A stretch of 63,731 nt of DNA, the filler included, from Hyphochytrium catenoides (lineage: Eukaryota; Protista; Hyphochytriomycota), in the NCBI GenBank assembly GCA_900088475.1. It is 8 parts of 8 records of this genome, joined end to end, with 100 filler letters (N's around TTAATTAATTAA, not from the genome) between each part and the next. Parts side by side here need not be neighbours in the genome. Positions count along the whole stretch, not along the records: positions 62,619 to 63,731 come from FLMG01001869.1; 7 more parts are not named here. One strand, given 5' to 3'. The notes under the pieces were generated by a model, which worked only from the letters and a program-made list of their open reading frames with translations, had not been told where the DNA came from and ran no database searches. Position 1 is the first letter of the stretch. Each line of letters starts with the position of its first letter. Of the stretch, positions 62,519 through 63,731 are shown in pieces. The translations under genes and the position numbers were made by a program.

Positions 62519-63254
62519 NNNNNNNNNNNNNNNNNNNNNNNNNNNNNNNNNNNNNNNNNNNNTTAATTAATTAANNNNNNNNNNNNNNNNNNNNNNNNNN
62601 NNNNNNNNNNNNNNNNNNCTCAGCGTTTAACTCACGCCATCAGTTCCCGAAACAGAAAAAAGATTCGCGAACGAGGTTGAACCGGACTTTGTGCCACGCA
62701 TTGAACGTTCTTCTCCATAGAAGAAGAGAGCTAATAATGTGAGTTCGCAGCGCGACATTCAGAAGAAGACCAGCTTCTTGCAGCTTCAAGCGTAGCAACG
62801 GGCGGCTTCCTTTGTAGCAGGAGGAAGTAAGCAGTGTGGCAGTGCTCTATAAACAACAAGATAAAGCCGGATTCTGGCGGACTGCCAGCCACCACCTGGC
62901 AGCACAACTACATTTACTGTCTGCTTGTTATTCATTCCTCGCATCCCTTACTACCTTCTCCTAGTCGTAGTAATAGTACGTCTGCAGAGCAGCAGGACTC
63001 TTCTCTCCTCTCCCACTCTTTCTCCTCAATCGTCTTTTTTTTTGCTGCTACTCTTGCGACACCACGGGCAACAAGTCTTTACTGATACTTTTAGGTACTG
63101 TTTCTTCCACGACTTCATCCAGAATGTCTCTCCTCCGCTGCTCTCTAGACCACCGAAAAATTTCTTCCCTCCTTCCGACGACCATCACTGTTCCCTTCTT
63201 CACGCCACCTTCCCACTGACGACCTCCTCCTCCTCCTCCTCGGTCCCCCTCTTC

Positions 63255-63270
63255 GATCCTCCTCCTCCTC

Positions 63271-63301
<31 letters not shown>

Positions 63302-63345
63302 CGCTGCTGCTGCTGCTGCTCCTGCTGCTGCTGCTGCTGCTGCTG

Positions 63346-63409
<64 letters not shown>

Positions 63410-63414
63410 TCCTC

Positions 63415-63448
<34 letters not shown>

Positions 63449-63450
63449 TC
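63255..63450. repeat. Interrupted (CTG)n/(CTC)n trinucleotide repeat
   Basis: About 190 bp of CTG runs punctuated by CTC and CCG. All three minus-strand frames are open, so coding status is unresolved. Confidence 0.95.
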
Positions 63451-63731
63451 CCTCCCAACTGTTCTTTTGCACTCTCCATGACAGGCTCCAAGCATCTCCG
63501 ATTGGGACGTGCTCATCCCGAACACCCTCATACTTATCTGGAATCGCGGAGCTAGGAGCTAGGAAGCTTCACATGGCCTCTCACGTCTCAGCAGCAGCGG
63601 CCTCGCCCGCTCCTCCTCCTCCTCACTCCTCCTCCTCCTTCCCTCTTCCATCTTCCCCGCTCCCCTCCCTCCTCGTCTTCCCTCTTCAGCTCCTGGCAGC
63701 ACCTCTCATCTCTCCCACTCCCTCCCTCCCT

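Overview
Eukaryotic genomic DNA with GT-AG spliceosomal introns and abundant (CT)n/(GA)n microsatellites. It is probably a flagellated protist; a stramenopile-like origin is only my inference. The window is not one locus: seven 100-bp artificial linkers (44 N + TTAATTAATTAA + 44 N) join eight contigs, so adjacency across a linker means nothing. Most ORFs in the supplied track are microsatellite artefacts, so I rebuilt the genes by splicing exons by eye. Genes supported: Cdc25 3' end, a TTLL3/8-type tubulin glycylase, a DHRS12-like SDR, an Arb2/FAM172-domain AGC kinase fusion, a type I membrane protein with a GYxxL tail, an EI24/CysZ-like protein, the last exon of PP2A subunit A, an ACOT11/12-like thioesterase, a CobW/ZNG1 GTPase, ERCC8, TMEM256, VPS53, a BCS1-like AAA ATPase, a TPR-TTL protein, a second AGC kinase, MTHFS and a TKL kinase. 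Mobile DNA: Copia and Gypsy pol fragments, a CRE-like non-LTR endonuclease remnant and a 1.7-kb integrase-only LTR element. Two signals stand out. First, that LTR element has a 41-nt primer-binding site equal to the whole 3' half of a mature tRNA-Gly, with CCA and an A58-to-T change, fused directly to the integrase core. Second, an apparently catalytically dead Arb2/FAM172 domain sits in the same exon as the start of an AGC kinase. All family calls come from motif recognition; no database searches were run.
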